A stretch of DNA of 64,000 bases from Nitrospirota bacterium (lineage in GTDB: Bacteria > Nitrospirota > UBA9217), in the NCBI GenBank assembly GCA_963845065.1, contig CAWJQQ010000009.1:672001-736000 (forward strand), in the 5' to 3' direction. A program made the position numbers and the translations under genes. Below, piece by piece: positions 51,554 to 62,604 of the stretch (its first letter is position 1; each line of letters starts with the position of its first letter). The notes beneath the pieces are model-generated. The model worked only from the letters and a program-made list of their open reading frames with translations, did no database searches and was not told the origin of the DNA.

Positions 51554-54517
51554 ATGATTCTTCAAACAATAAATTCAGACAGCTATTTTATTAACTTTTA
51601 CGCGTTTCCCATGTTCGTTGTTGCTGTGGCAATAACTCTACTTGGATTCTTTATCCTCGCCCGAGAGCGGGGATCCCGTATTGGAATCTACTTCCTTTTC
51701 ATGTGCCTGTGTGTCGGTCTATATTTATTTGGAACGGGCGCATGTTACGCAAGCCGCGACGAGAGCCTGTCGCTGCTCTGGCTCAAGATCTCTCAACTGG
51801 GAGCTGACTTCATCCCCACCACCATACTTCTCTCGACCGTAGACCGTCTCAACCTGCGCCATCGGTATCGTTTCGCCGTCGCATCCAGCTTCGTTCTATC
51901 GACGTTAATTACGTTCGGAGCCTTTTTCACTGATCTGCACGTCAAGGGGAGCGCCCAGTTCTTCTGGGGCAGGAATGTTCAGTATGGACCTCTGGGTATT
52001 GTATTCATGACGTTTTTTTTCAGTATCATGGTTTTTGTCCTCCATCTTTACTGGCTGGAATACCGGCAAAGCTCAACAGTGCAACAGAAAAAAAGATTGA
52101 AAGGGCTGCTTATCGCCTTCAACGTCGGTTATCTGGGCGCAGTTGACTTTCTTCCGTGCTTAGGCCTTCACGTCTATCCATTCGGTTATCTCCCCGTAGG
52201 CTTCTTTATTCTAGTGAGCGCCTACATCATCATGCGATACCGTTTCACGGACATCACACCTGAGCTGGCCGCGGACCGAATTCTGGAGACCATGCAGAGT
52301 GCTGTGATCGTTATTGACCTCAAGGGCAAGATCAGGGTGACCAGCCAAGTAACCGAAGAGATGCTTGGTTATCAAAAGTCAGAACTCCTCGATAGGGATA
52401 TAGGGTCAATTCTTCCCGCGCTGGCAGAATTCAACACCGCCGCTCTTTTGAGCGGGAAATCCTCTTCTCATGAGACGGCATGGCACAGCAGGAGCGGGCA
52501 ACGATTCAACGTCATCGTCTCCGTATCCACGATCACAAATTCATTGGACAATTCGCCGGTTGGGATCGTTTATGCGGCATATGACATCACCCAGCGCAGG
52601 CAGGTCGAGGAAGCCCTCCAGGTATCTGAAGCAAAATTTCGGCTGTTAGTGGATAACGCATACGAAGGCATTCTAGTCGCCAGGGAGGGAATGCTGTTAT
52701 ATGTGAACCCCCAAATGATCCACTTGAGCGGCTACACCTATGAGGAGTTGACAGCAAGACCGTTCGTGGAATTTGTTGACCCCGATGACCGGCCACTAGT
52801 CCTTGAACACCACATTAAAAGAATGAAGGGAGAAATAGATCCCGAGGAGGTCTATAGTTTTCGGATTGTTCGAAAGGATGGAGCCATTCGATGGCTGGAA
52901 ACAAAAGGCGCAATAATCACCTGGGATAACAAGCCTGCCAACTTGAATTTTGTCAGTGATATTACCGAGCGCAAACAGGCAGTGGAGGCGCTGCGGCAAA
53001 GCAAGGAAACATTACAGAGGATCATGGACAGTTCCTCTGCGGTCATTTCTGCGAAGGACCTCGAAGGGAAATATATTTTCATCAACGCACTATATGAAAA
53101 GCTATTTCATGTTTCGAATTCCGAAATCCTTGGTAAAACGGACTATGACATTTTCCCCCGGATAGTGGCTGACGCATTTCGTGATGTCGACCTTCAGACA
53201 ATAAAGGCCGGCATGCCGATTGAAGCCGAAGAGGCCGTGCCTCAGGATGATGGCATGCACTATTACATTTCCCTCAAATTTCCCCTATACGACAGCAATA
53301 AAAAACCTTACGCCGTGTGCGGGATGTCCACCGACATCACTGAACGGAAAAAGCTGGGGGAACAGTCTATGAAGTCTCAAAAGCTTGAATCCATCGGCAC
53401 GCTGGCCGGTGGCATCGCCCATGACTTTAACAACCTTCTTCAGGGCGTGTTCGGCTATATCTCCCTGGCGAAAATAACGGCGAATAACAAGGAAAAAAGC
53501 GCAGCAGCCCTGGAGCAAGCCGAGAAAGCCCTTCATCAGACGGTTAATCTAACGACTCAGCTTTTAACCTTTTCCAAGGGTGGCAAGCCGTTCAAGAAAA
53601 AGATCGACCTCGGGCCGATCATCGAGAACTCAGCAAACTTTATGTTGAGCGGCTCCCGTTCCGATCTCCGCCTGAACATTGCGGCAGACCTGTGGCAGGT
53701 TGAAGCTGATGAAGGACAGATCGGCCAAGTGGTCCAGAATATCGTGCTGAACGCGGATCAGGCCATGCCGGTCGGCGGCACTGTCAGAGTCACGGCAGCG
53801 AACATGGCAAAGGGCGACGCATCGCTGCGGCCTGGACTTGCAAAGGGGGACTATATTGTGATAGCGATCCATGATACCGGCGTCGGTATTCCGGAACAGT
53901 ATCTGAGCAAGATCTTTGACCCCTATTTCACGACAAAGGAAAAGGGCAGCGGGCTGGGGCTGGCAACATCCTACACGATCGTAAAAAATCACGGTGGTAT
54001 CATCGATGTTATGATCAAATACGGCGAAGGAACCACGTTTATGATTTATCTGCCCGCGATCGTTGGACAGGTCCGGTTAGAATCAGAGGAAAAGAAGCAA
54101 GAGCTTTCGCCATCGGGCAAAGCGAGGGTCCTCGTGATGGACGATGAGGAGGTCATCAGGAATCTCAGCAGCGAGCTGCTTGGTGTGCTGGGCCATGAGG
54201 TTGAGGTTGCAAAACACGGCGAGGAAGTCCTTGAAAAGTATCGAGGAGCGATTGGAGCGGGACGTCCATTTGACATCGTTATCCTGGACATCACTATACG
54301 GGGTGGGATGGGTGGCGTAGAAACGGTTCAGCAGTTACTCAAAATGGATTCCAACGTTAAAGCGGTCGTGTCGAGTGGATACTCCGATGATATGACAATA
54401 GCGAATTACATGTCGCAGGGATTCAAGGCGTGTTTGAAGAAACCCTATGATGTTGTCGCCCTTAGAAAAGTGCTAAGCAAGATGCAAGATGGTCAATGTG
54501 TAAGGTACTCTGTCTGA
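51554..54517 (+). CDS. Hybrid sensor histidine kinase (7TM, 3 PAS, HisKA, HATPase, REC)
   Basis: GGIAHDFNNLL, DTGVG, GSGLGL, LVMDDE, VILDITI, KKPY; GGAGG RBS. Confidence 0.93.
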   Translation: MILQTINSDSYFINFYAFPMFVVAVAITLLGFFILARERGSRIGIYFLFMCLCVGLYLFGTGACYASRDESLSLLWLKISQLGADFIPTTILLSTVDRLNLRHRYRFAVASSFVLSTLITFGAFFTDLHVKGSAQFFWGRNVQYGPLGIVFMTFFFSIMVFVLHLYWLEYRQSSTVQQKKRLKGLLIAFNVGYLGAVDFLPCLGLHVYPFGYLPVGFFILVSAYIIMRYRFTDITPELAADRILETMQSAVIVIDLKGKIRVTSQVTEEMLGYQKSELLDRDIGSILPALAEFNTAALLSGKSSSHETAWHSRSGQRFNVIVSVSTITNSLDNSPVGIVYAAYDITQRRQVEEALQVSEAKFRLLVDNAYEGILVAREGMLLYVNPQMIHLSGYTYEELTARPFVEFVDPDDRPLVLEHHIKRMKGEIDPEEVYSFRIVRKDGAIRWLETKGAIITWDNKPANLNFVSDITERKQAVEALRQSKETLQRIMDSSSAVISAKDLEGKYIFINALYEKLFHVSNSEILGKTDYDIFPRIVADAFRDVDLQTIKAGMPIEAEEAVPQDDGMHYYISLKFPLYDSNKKPYAVCGMSTDITERKKLGEQSMKSQKLESIGTLAGGIAHDFNNLLQGVFGYISLAKITANNKEKSAAALEQAEKALHQTVNLTTQLLTFSKGGKPFKKKIDLGPIIENSANFMLSGSRSDLRLNIAADLWQVEADEGQIGQVVQNIVLNADQAMPVGGTVRVTAANMAKGDASLRPGLAKGDYIVIAIHDTGVGIPEQYLSKIFDPYFTTKEKGSGLGLATSYTIVKNHGGIIDVMIKYGEGTTFMIYLPAIVGQVRLESEEKKQELSPSGKARVLVMDDEEVIRNLSSELLGVLGHEVEVAKHGEEVLEKYRGAIGAGRPFDIVILDITIRGGMGGVETVQQLLKMDSNVKAVVSSGYSDDMTIANYMSQGFKACLKKPYDVVALRKVLSKMQDGQCVRYSV

Positions 54518-55155
54518 TGGCCTGCGATTTGGGATGCATATAATGCGCGTTCTGCGCTGGCGTCAGTTTCTGGTTGCTGAGAGAAAGAATTGCAATCATT
54601 AAGTTATAAGCAGTATTTCACGCATATTCTTAATACACGTTGGTACACGATTATAGGTGCTGACGAGATAAACATAATTTTCTAAAACTTGTAGAATTGC
54701 ATTTGTAGTACCGGGACAGGATTCTTTCGATATCAGTAAGATGCCCGGTGAGTTCCCCCATTTAAATATCCAACTTTTTACTGGGTGTTTGTGTGAATCA
54801 AGGCGTGAATCCCTGACGTTAAGTCTAGTGGTAATAAATGACTGTGGTTTTAGGAACGGTGAGCGCCGTGGATAGTTAATAATTTTTGCGAGGTCCAAAG
54901 ATTTATTAGTAGAGTAAGATAGTCCTCAAAAAGCTTCCCTTCTTTTCCTAAATGTCAGCAAGACATCTTGCAGCAGAGCACCTCAAATCCTGTGTCGCAT
55001 TAATGCAGTTAATCGCTACTAAAACAAAATTCCATCTACTTCCAACAGACTTGTTTAATTTAGGGACCATGAAATAGTTATGAACTTTTTGATAACTTAT
55101 TACTGCATGGTCTACATCCTATAATTCCAATTGGGTAACGATGCTTTTTTGATAA

Positions 55156-56046
55156 TTAATCATGTTTAGCCAAAAAACGAGTAATGAGCTTATTGACTAT
55201 TTCCGGTTGTTCCTGATGAACGAAATGACCCGCAGAAGGAATAATATGTTTTTCAAAACCGTAAAGAAAAGCAGACTCCATTCCTTCAGTTGTCTCGACA
55301 CCCATACATCCATCATTGGCTCCATGCAGATACATTGTTGAAACGGGGATGGGATCATTCATTCGTTTCCATATGTCGGCCGTGCCCGGACGCCGAAGAG
55401 CCGGATTGAATTGAGAACGATAATATCCCAATGCTGCTTTCAATACCGAAGGTTGGCGGAAAGCCTCTTTGATTTCGTTCATTACCGATTGGGGACAGAG
55501 CCAACCAGGTGACCAATCTTGCCATAATTTTTCTATAAATTCAAAATCGTTATGGGCTATTGCAATTTCAGCGATGGGTAGTTGGAAGAAATACATGTAC
55601 CAGGAACGACGCTGCTGGGCTGAGTTGGAAATAAGCGCTTGCCTGAAATTTCCTGCAGTCGGCACGGACATGCAGACAATTTTTGAAATTTTATCAGGTG
55701 CAAGTATTGCAGTGATACGGGACACTACTGCTCCCCAATCATGCCCGATGAGAATGGTGGATTGATTTGTCAGTTGAGCAATCAGTGCCATAATATCTTT
55801 CACAAGGATAGCGATATCATAAACATCATCAGATGACGTATCTGATGGAAAGTATCCACGCATATATGGTGCAATAACCCGATAGCCGTTTTCTGCTAGT
55901 ACAGGTAATTGATGACGATAGGAAATCGGGAGGTCGGGAAAACCATGTAATGCTACGATCAGTGGGCCTGCGCCTACTTCAAGTGCATGGATGGTACGAC
56001 CATTGGCTTCAACAGTGATGCAGTTATAATTTCGTTCTTTGATCAT
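55156..56046 (-). CDS. Alpha/beta hydrolase (epoxide hydrolase-like)
   Basis: LHGFPD, GHDWGA, SWYMYFFQ, GHFVHQE. Confidence 0.9.
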   Translation of the reverse strand: MIKERNYNCITVEANGRTIHALEVGAGPLIVALHGFPDLPISYRHQLPVLAENGYRVIAPYMRGYFPSDTSSDDVYDIAILVKDIMALIAQLTNQSTILIGHDWGAVVSRITAILAPDKISKIVCMSVPTAGNFRQALISNSAQQRRSWYMYFFQLPIAEIAIAHNDFEFIEKLWQDWSPGWLCPQSVMNEIKEAFRQPSVLKAALGYYRSQFNPALRRPGTADIWKRMNDPIPVSTMYLHGANDGCMGVETTEGMESAFLYGFEKHIIPSAGHFVHQEQPEIVNKLITRFLAKHD

Positions 56047-56066
56047 TTTGTCTTCATTGTAAACGA

Positions 56067-56300
56067 TTAACTTTTTTTAGCCATGTGGCAAATAAAACAC
56101 TGTTCTTTCGGGGGATGGTTTGCGTTTAACGGTGCCTGCTTCCCGGGTGCATGACATGCTATACAACCCTCAGGCGTCTTTATATCACTGTGAATATTGT
56201 CGTACGGAATAAACGGCGCCTTCTTACCTGTGGATGAAAGAAAAACGAGCGCAACGACTATTAAGGCGGCTGCGATGATCAATGGCCAAGTTTTCTTCAT
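56067..56300 (-). CDS. Small diheme c-type cytochrome
   Basis: N-terminal signal/anchor; CIACH and CFICH with extra His; GAGGAG RBS. Confidence 0.8.
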   Translation of the reverse strand: MKKTWPLIIAAALIVVALVFLSSTGKKAPFIPYDNIHSDIKTPEGCIACHAPGKQAPLNANHPPKEQCFICHMAKKS

Positions 56301-56464
56301 TTTAATTTTTCGCTCCTCAATCCTGTACGTCTTCACCTAACAACCGAAAAAAAAGGGTGCCGAATGCTTCAAATGCAACTCTACACGTCGTCAAAAATTA
56401 AGTCTATGGCAATATCGCTTACAACTATTCAATTTTAATTAAACTAAACGACGATTTAATTTAT

Positions 56465-56601
56465 AAAACCTGTCCTTGAATACCCGGCAGTTCTACTGCT
56501 GGGATGAAAAGGACAATCCTGACGAAGTCAGGATAAGAATCTGATTGGTTTTAGGTTCTATCGGTTTTGATGCCCCGCAGCTCTGCTGCGGGGTAATTCA
56601 C
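56465..56601 (+). mobile_element. 137-bp non-autonomous IS200 derivative (MITE/PATE), copy 2
   Basis: About 3 nt different from copy 1; preceded by TTTAT; ends TTCAC. Confidence 0.9.
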
Positions 56602-56882
56602 TATTTGCACATTAACGTTGCCCTACCGCAACGCGACCGCTGCGAAGGCTTGTTGGGTGGTATTCGCCGCGGCAATCGCTTAAGCGTCGTAACGCGCGCT
56701 GTCTACGCACAACGGAAGATGCAAGGCGGCCTAATCCGTTTGTAGGTGACGGAGATCGGTTGCAGTTAAGTCTCACGATCTGCCAAGCAAGTTTTAACAT
56801 TCACGACGGCTGTTCGGGACTGCTTTACTCTCGCTTCGAGTGAATCGTATGTTAGATCGAACCGTTGACGGCATTTGGTATC

Positions 56883-57125
56883 TCAAGCGAGCTCGAACGA
56901 GCCGGTTCTAAGACTTCCAGCACGACGATAGAAACTGACAACCACACCCGTGCTTATAGTGTTGGATCTCACGAGCGTTAGGGATACCGGGATGGTTCCT
57001 GTGCCGAAGAGCCGCTTCCCAGTGCCGAGGATCACCGGGAATATCAACAGTCTGTATTCGTCGATGAGGTCGTTCTCGATAAGCGCTTGGGCGAGGCCGC
57101 AAATACCATGGACCTGAACCTCGCG
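56883..57125 (-). pseudogene. C-terminal fragment of a RibD_C/dihydrofolate reductase-family protein
   Basis: Manual translation EVQVHGICGLAQALIENDLIDEYRLLIFPVILGTGKRLF...TGVVVSFYRRAGSLRTGSF; no N-terminal half. Confidence 0.75.
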
Positions 57126-57414
57126 TGCAAAAGTTCAATAAGCAAGCGCAACACTTAGGTTAGCCATGCTATTCTAGGTGTCTATGCTAAAACGATATAA
57201 CCACTAGAATCAGGACGAACGTGAGTTCAGACTCTCTAATAAATCGCTGCGAATAAAATGGTCTTCGTAAACTATACTGCCACATCCGTGTAAAAAAAAT
57301 CTCTAATAGACATTTAAGATTATTCTCATCTCTTCTACTGAAAGCTATCAATGTTAATTGCCACCAAAAACTTACATAGGGTATCGTAAAATTGTTTGTT
57401 AAGAATCCAAGAAT

Positions 57415-58536
57415 TCATCTTTTGTGAATGGCAAGGAATTGCTCTCTCTTTTCCTTGTCCCAATGAGCGCAGAAGGCCGGTTTACCCTTCATTACTAGAT
57501 CCATACAGAGGTTACAGGTTGGCAAGCATTTGACTATTGGCTTATCAATTCTCCCAGCTGCTTTTTTGGGCCACAAGGGGTCAGCAAAGAGTACCCTCGC
57601 GAGGCCGATAAGGTCGGCGGTACCTTCTTGAAGGACTTTTTCGGCAATCTCAGGTGTTTGGATGCGTCCTGCGGCAATGACTGGCATTCCGGGAACCGAC
57701 TCCTTTATTTTCCCGGCAAAATGGGCCATGAACGCATCTTCTTTCTCTTTTTCCTTATACGCTGGAAGAAGGAATGAATCATAAGTCCCTGCCATGACGG
57801 AGAGGTAAGCAATACCCATTTTCGCAAGCTCCTTTGCATAGAGCGATGTCTGGTCAGTGTGCAGTCCCTCAGGCAACCATTCATCAGCAAGGAAACGGTA
57901 TCCTACCGGATAATTAACCACGCTTTTCATTACTGCTTCGACTACTCTCAGGGGAAACTTCATTCTGTTTTCGAGCGAACCGCCGTAATCGTCTTTTCTC
58001 AAGTTCGTTCGCTGGGAAAGGAACTGTACGAGGAGGTACCCCGTGCCTCCATGGAGCTCGACTCCATCAAACCCTGCCTCTTTGACCCGTGCTGCGGAGT
58101 CCGCGTAGGACTTGATGATCATCTCTATATCTTCCCTAGTCATCTCCTTCGGCATTACCTCGCCGGTTTTTACAGGCGAGGGCGCGAGTCTCTGTTGTGC
58201 AGCATGGGCGTACCTGCCAGCGTGATTGAGCTGACAAATGGCTATCGCTCCTTCTTGGTGAATAACCTTTGCGATTTTTGCAAGGTCGGCGATCGAGCGA
58301 TCATCGTCGGAGCGCAGGGTAAAGGGCGATCCCATACCCGAGGGATCAATAGCAACGTTTTCCGTTACGATCATCGCCGCACCTGACTCAGCCATCTCCC
58401 GATAGTAGTCGATGATTAACTCGCTCGCCGTTCCATCTGGATTTGCGTAGGACAGAAAGAGCGGCGCCATCGTGATACGGTTTTTCAGGACAAGCTCTCT
58501 AATCTTGAACGGGGAAAAAAGAAGAGATTGTTTCAT
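57415..58536 (-). CDS. NADH:flavin oxidoreductase (Old Yellow Enzyme family)
   Basis: NRITMAP, QLNHAGR, AGFDGVELHGGTGYL, RTNLRKDDYGGSLENR, CxxCxxC...C. Confidence 0.9.
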   Translation of the reverse strand: MKQSLLFSPFKIRELVLKNRITMAPLFLSYANPDGTASELIIDYYREMAESGAAMIVTENVAIDPSGMGSPFTLRSDDDRSIADLAKIAKVIHQEGAIAICQLNHAGRYAHAAQQRLAPSPVKTGEVMPKEMTREDIEMIIKSYADSAARVKEAGFDGVELHGGTGYLLVQFLSQRTNLRKDDYGGSLENRMKFPLRVVEAVMKSVVNYPVGYRFLADEWLPEGLHTDQTSLYAKELAKMGIAYLSVMAGTYDSFLLPAYKEKEKEDAFMAHFAGKIKESVPGMPVIAAGRIQTPEIAEKVLQEGTADLIGLARVLFADPLWPKKAAGRIDKPIVKCLPTCNLCMDLVMKGKPAFCAHWDKEKREQFLAIHKR

Positions 58537-58651
58537 ACGGAGGATTCCTTTTTGTGGATACATTCTGCTGGACAAGAATGTTTATGTATTTATCAACAAT
58601 TGACATTTGTTATATTCTTTTTTTGTGTACAAATAAACTATACGGTTAATA

Positions 58652-59320
58652 CTACGTCTTCTGGATCAAATCAGAATCCCCCCCCTTTTTTAATAATGCA
58701 TAAATTGCTTTATGAGTCGCAACCTTCCCCTGAATATCAATTGTCATTAACTCTTCAATTTCAAAATGTAGTGCAAATAAAGCCACCATCTCACTCTCAG
58801 AGGAAAAATATAAAACCGTATCAAGTGGCGTTTTTCTATATTTACCTACTCCACCAAATTGAGCACTTTCCTCACTGAAACAAACTGATAGATACTGCCC
58901 TTCAGGATTAAGCAGACGGTAAACGTTGTTAATATATTTTTCTCTATCAGGTGGGAAAATATGATGTAAGAGCTCCCAGTCGTATGCAAAGTCGAATGTT
59001 TCTTGAACGTTTGCCATATCGCCCAGCACATCTGCTACTATAAATTTACCTCGTACACCTTTTTTTGATGCAGATCTTCTAGCGATTTCAATTGCTGATT
59101 CTGAAATATCAACACCGACAGCATCAAAGCCGTGGCTTGCAAGATAAATTACATAATTCCCCGCTCCACACCCTAATTCGATTGCTTTACAGGCTTTTAT
59201 TTTATTTGTTTTTATTAGTGTTTGCAGAACCTCTGGAGGAGATTCTCTATTCCACGGTATTTTTTCAAGGGGGATGCTCTTGTATATTTGTTCCATTTGA
59301 TCTTTTATCATAGCGATCAC
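58652..59320 (-). CDS. Class I SAM-dependent methyltransferase (TPMT-like)
   Basis: IPW, IELGCGAG, GVDISE, FDFAYD. Confidence 0.88.
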   Translation of the reverse strand: MIAMIKDQMEQIYKSIPLEKIPWNRESPPEVLQTLIKTNKIKACKAIELGCGAGNYVIYLASHGFDAVGVDISESAIEIARRSASKKGVRGKFIVADVLGDMANVQETFDFAYDWELLHHIFPPDREKYINNVYRLLNPEGQYLSVCFSEESAQFGGVGKYRKTPLDTVLYFSSESEMVALFALHFEIEELMTIDIQGKVATHKAIYALLKKGGDSDLIQKT

Positions 59321-59547
59321 CCTACATTTAATTAGACAAGCGGAAACCGTTAGGTTAAATTATCCATAAGCCGATATTAGTTTAGCAGAAGCACATCCCG
59401 GCGATTCAAAGCAACACATTAATTGAAATACTTTACAACGACTATATGCCTGTTTTCTATTTATGTCAACAATGCTGACTGGATATTTGGAATAAAACTT
59501 AAAGAATTCAGATTGATATCTCATGCTCCATCCATAAATAACTTTAT

Positions 59548-59594
59548 CTCAATGCGCCGTAAGACCCCGGCCGTGAGGCCGGGGAGGATGTCAA
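59548..59594 (+). mobile_element. 47-bp solo-hairpin IS200/IS605 scar
   Basis: TTTAT, 13 nt, AAGA guide, hairpin CCCCGGCCGTGAGGCCGGGG, then a right-end-type tail AGGATGTCAA. Confidence 0.6.
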
Positions 59595-60266
59595 GTATTT
59601 CTAAGAATAATAACCTTGACAATTTACTTAGAAGAAGATTTTTGCATTGCTTATTTCAATTGTAAATTTACGAGTTTATCCAAAAATAATCTCCGTGGTA
59701 AGCGTTATTGACCGTGAATCCGGCATTCGCAAATAGCATTGCCTGCTTTCCTCCAATATTGCGTGGAAATTTTCCCTTCGGGATATAGCGATTCTTTGAT
59801 TACTACTAAAACATATCTACAAGATAGTTTCTAAAAAAATGAAAATAATTTATCACCCTTTGCAACTTATAAATTATTGTGTTGAATTTATTAACGTCTC
59901 ATATTTATTACATTGTTGACTGCATAAGCGCATCCATGCTATTTTAAATCAATGTCAAATGCACATAGTAATGCCGATGGAAATGTCAACGACCAGGTTC
60001 TGCAAAAGAACTTGGTAGTCGTCGTGACAACAGATTCGACCCAAGCGGACGAAATCGATGCCTTCAAAGATACTGAAGCTTTCCTAAAATATTGTCCGAA
60101 GCACAATGCTCGTGCGAAAGAATAACGGAAAGGAGAGGCCAATGCTATAGTGGCCAAGACTAAAATAATTGTTAACAACCCTGTCTGACCTTCTATTCTT
60201 TCTGGAAGTTTGTTGTTTGAAAACAAAGAAAATGTTTTCTAACTATCGCCATAGGGAGGACGCACC

Positions 60267-60815
60267 ATGATCAATCTCTTACGCACACGCAGAAGTATTC
60301 GTAAATACACCGCGACTCCTATTGATTATAAAATGATTGATGTGCTTATAGAAGCATTGCTTCGTTCACCTACCTCACGAAACGGAAAATCATGGGAATT
60401 TATTGTTGTAGATGATAGGGAACTCTTGACTAAACTTTCAAAAGCTAGAGAGCAGGGATCTCGTCATCTGCAGGACGCAGCATTGGGCATCGTAGTGTGT
60501 GCTGACAGTATAAAATCCGATGTATGGATTGAGGATTGTTCTATCGCCGCAATAATTGTTCAGATGACTGCTCACGAATTGGGACTAGGAAGTTGCTGGG
60601 TGCAAATTAGGAACCGTAATCATACAGAGATGATGTCAGCCGAGCAATATATTCAGGGTTTACTTGGATTACCCCAGCACGTCAAGGTAGAGTGTATGGT
60701 TAGCATTGGATATCCAGACGAAGCAAAAAAACCAGTAGCAGATAGCGAACTGGATTATCACAAAGTTAAACACAACCATTATTCCATTAATTACGTTCTA
60801 AAGAGAGAAGCATGA
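60267..60815 (+). CDS. Nitroreductase family protein
   Basis: RRSIRKY, SPTSRN..SWEF, GLGSCWVQ, IGYP; GGGAGG RBS. Confidence 0.9.
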   Translation: MINLLRTRRSIRKYTATPIDYKMIDVLIEALLRSPTSRNGKSWEFIVVDDRELLTKLSKAREQGSRHLQDAALGIVVCADSIKSDVWIEDCSIAAIIVQMTAHELGLGSCWVQIRNRNHTEMMSAEQYIQGLLGLPQHVKVECMVSIGYPDEAKKPVADSELDYHKVKHNHYSINYVLKREA

Positions 60816-60903
60816 AAAAATCGGATTGATGTATCGACACATCCGGCTATCAATGACCAGTCAGTAATTTGTAGAGTGTTATTTATAAATAGCTGACATT
60901 TAT

Positions 60904-61469
60904 GGAATTCCTGTCCGCACATCCCCCTCCTAGGCGTAAAGCGCAAGGAGGGGGGCAAGCGGCTGCTCTGAATCTTTAACGAGTTGATGTGTTTACACAT
61001 TGTGAAAGCATCCGTAAAGAATGCGTTCACCTGTGTAATATAATGTTCATATTAGGTCGATAAAATATGAGTCTATCAAGAAGAGTAAGCAAGCTTGTAA
61101 TCACAAGACCACCACACGGCACATCTCAAGAGTGTTCGAAGTGTTCGCGTACTCACCCGGACAACCGCCGTTCTCAGACGGAGTTCGTCTGTCAGAGCTG
61201 CGGATTTAGTGAAAACCCCGACTTCAACGCTTTCATCGATATTAAGAAAAAAGTGATCAGGACGCTGTTGGCCGGTGAACTCTCGGTAAAACAAGAGAAG
61301 CGTGCCAAAAGCGGTTTAAAAAAAACAGCTAGGGCAGGAACTGCCCGAAGTAACGCGCTGGGAGATGGAAATAAACCGAACTAAGAGCCATGCTTTTAGT
61401 TCTCATCCATCTTCGAACCGTGACCCCCCACTACAATTACTCTTGCGGTTTAGTGGCAGGAGCGTTCAT
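60904..61469 (+). mobile_element. Internally deleted tnpB element (left end, tnpB 3' remnant, right end)
   Basis: Left hairpin CCCCCTCCT...AGGAGGGGG; remnant PHGTSQECSKC...DNRRSQTEFVCQSCGFSENPDFNA; ends GGAGCGTTCAT. Confidence 0.75.
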
Positions 61470-61651
61470 GCTTAAAGATTATTTGCCAGAAGCCTACTGA
61501 GTCAAAATTATATGAGTGGCCATTCAAGGAAGAGTTTTTTTAAAAACTTCTTTTTGAGGATTATAGTCACGACTTCAGGGGAATCTCAAAGGCCCCAAAG
61601 TATCTCTGGTGAACAATACTGAGTTCATATTACTCACGTAGAGGAGGGAAT

Positions 61652-62509
61652 ATGCTAAAGACTTTGAAGATCCTGTTGATGATGGTCCTGGTGCTATATG
61701 CGGGCTTGTGCATGGCCGATGGGGAAAAGTCAGATTCACGGTCGGTCCAGAAGCTGATGGTCAAATCAGGTATCAACAAACAGCTTGAACAGATCGCCCC
61801 GCTGGTACAGACCGGCATGACCCAGCAAAATCAAGAATCCAAAACGCTGTCGCCGGAAGAGTTGAGTAAACTGCGCAGCATGGCGGCCAGGGCATTTGAC
61901 GCAATGGCACTGAAGGATACGGTTCAAAAGCACATTCAGGCAAACTTATCCGAGGCTGATATCCAGGTCGTTCTTGCCTGGTTGCGTTCACCGCTGGGCG
62001 AGAAGATCACGAAGCTTGAAGAGGATGCATCAACGCCTGCCGCGTACGCGGCTATGAAGAAAATGGGCAACAAGCTGTCAGCGAACGCCGGTCGTGTCGA
62101 ACTTGTCAAGAGGCTGGACATGGCAGTGAAAGCAACGGAAATCGGGGTCGCTGTGGCGCTAAATACCCAGGCGGCATTGATCGCTGCGTTGACAAGCGGG
62201 CGTAATCAGGAGAAGCGGCCGACCATGGAAAATATCGAGAAAGAGATAATCAAGAACAAGGGGCAGATCCAAACCGTTATTGAACAGGCGACCCATTTGT
62301 CCCTCCTCTATGCATACAGGAGTCTCTCTGACGCCGAGATTACTAAGTACATTGACTTTGCAATGTCGGCTTCGGGCAAAAAGTATCATTCCGTTACGGC
62401 CGAAGGAGTTACCATCGCGATGACGGATTCCGCTCAAGTCTTGGGGAGCCTCATCATGCAAAATGCTAGTAAAAAGGCACCAGGTACGGCCAGGAAACAA
62501 AATATATAG
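61652..62509 (+). CDS. Secreted helical protein, DUF2059-like (two repeats)
   Basis: Signal peptide; LSEADIQVVLAWLRSPLGEK and LSDAEITKYIDFAMSASGKK. Confidence 0.7.
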   Translation: MLKTLKILLMMVLVLYAGLCMADGEKSDSRSVQKLMVKSGINKQLEQIAPLVQTGMTQQNQESKTLSPEELSKLRSMAARAFDAMALKDTVQKHIQANLSEADIQVVLAWLRSPLGEKITKLEEDASTPAAYAAMKKMGNKLSANAGRVELVKRLDMAVKATEIGVAVALNTQAALIAALTSGRNQEKRPTMENIEKEIIKNKGQIQTVIEQATHLSLLYAYRSLSDAEITKYIDFAMSASGKKYHSVTAEGVTIAMTDSAQVLGSLIMQNASKKAPGTARKQNI

Positions 62510-62604
62510 CAAAGAATTTAGATCCATTATTATGTATGCGACACAAATGCCTTGCTAGACTTGTTGCGCTTCTGTCAGCTAGAACAAGTATATCCATTTG
62601 ATGT

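Noticed and set aside
56608..56662. attC-like site (TAAC...GTTGGG) and similar motifs elsewhere
   Set aside because: Poor internal symmetry, no integron integrase and no regular cassette spacing.
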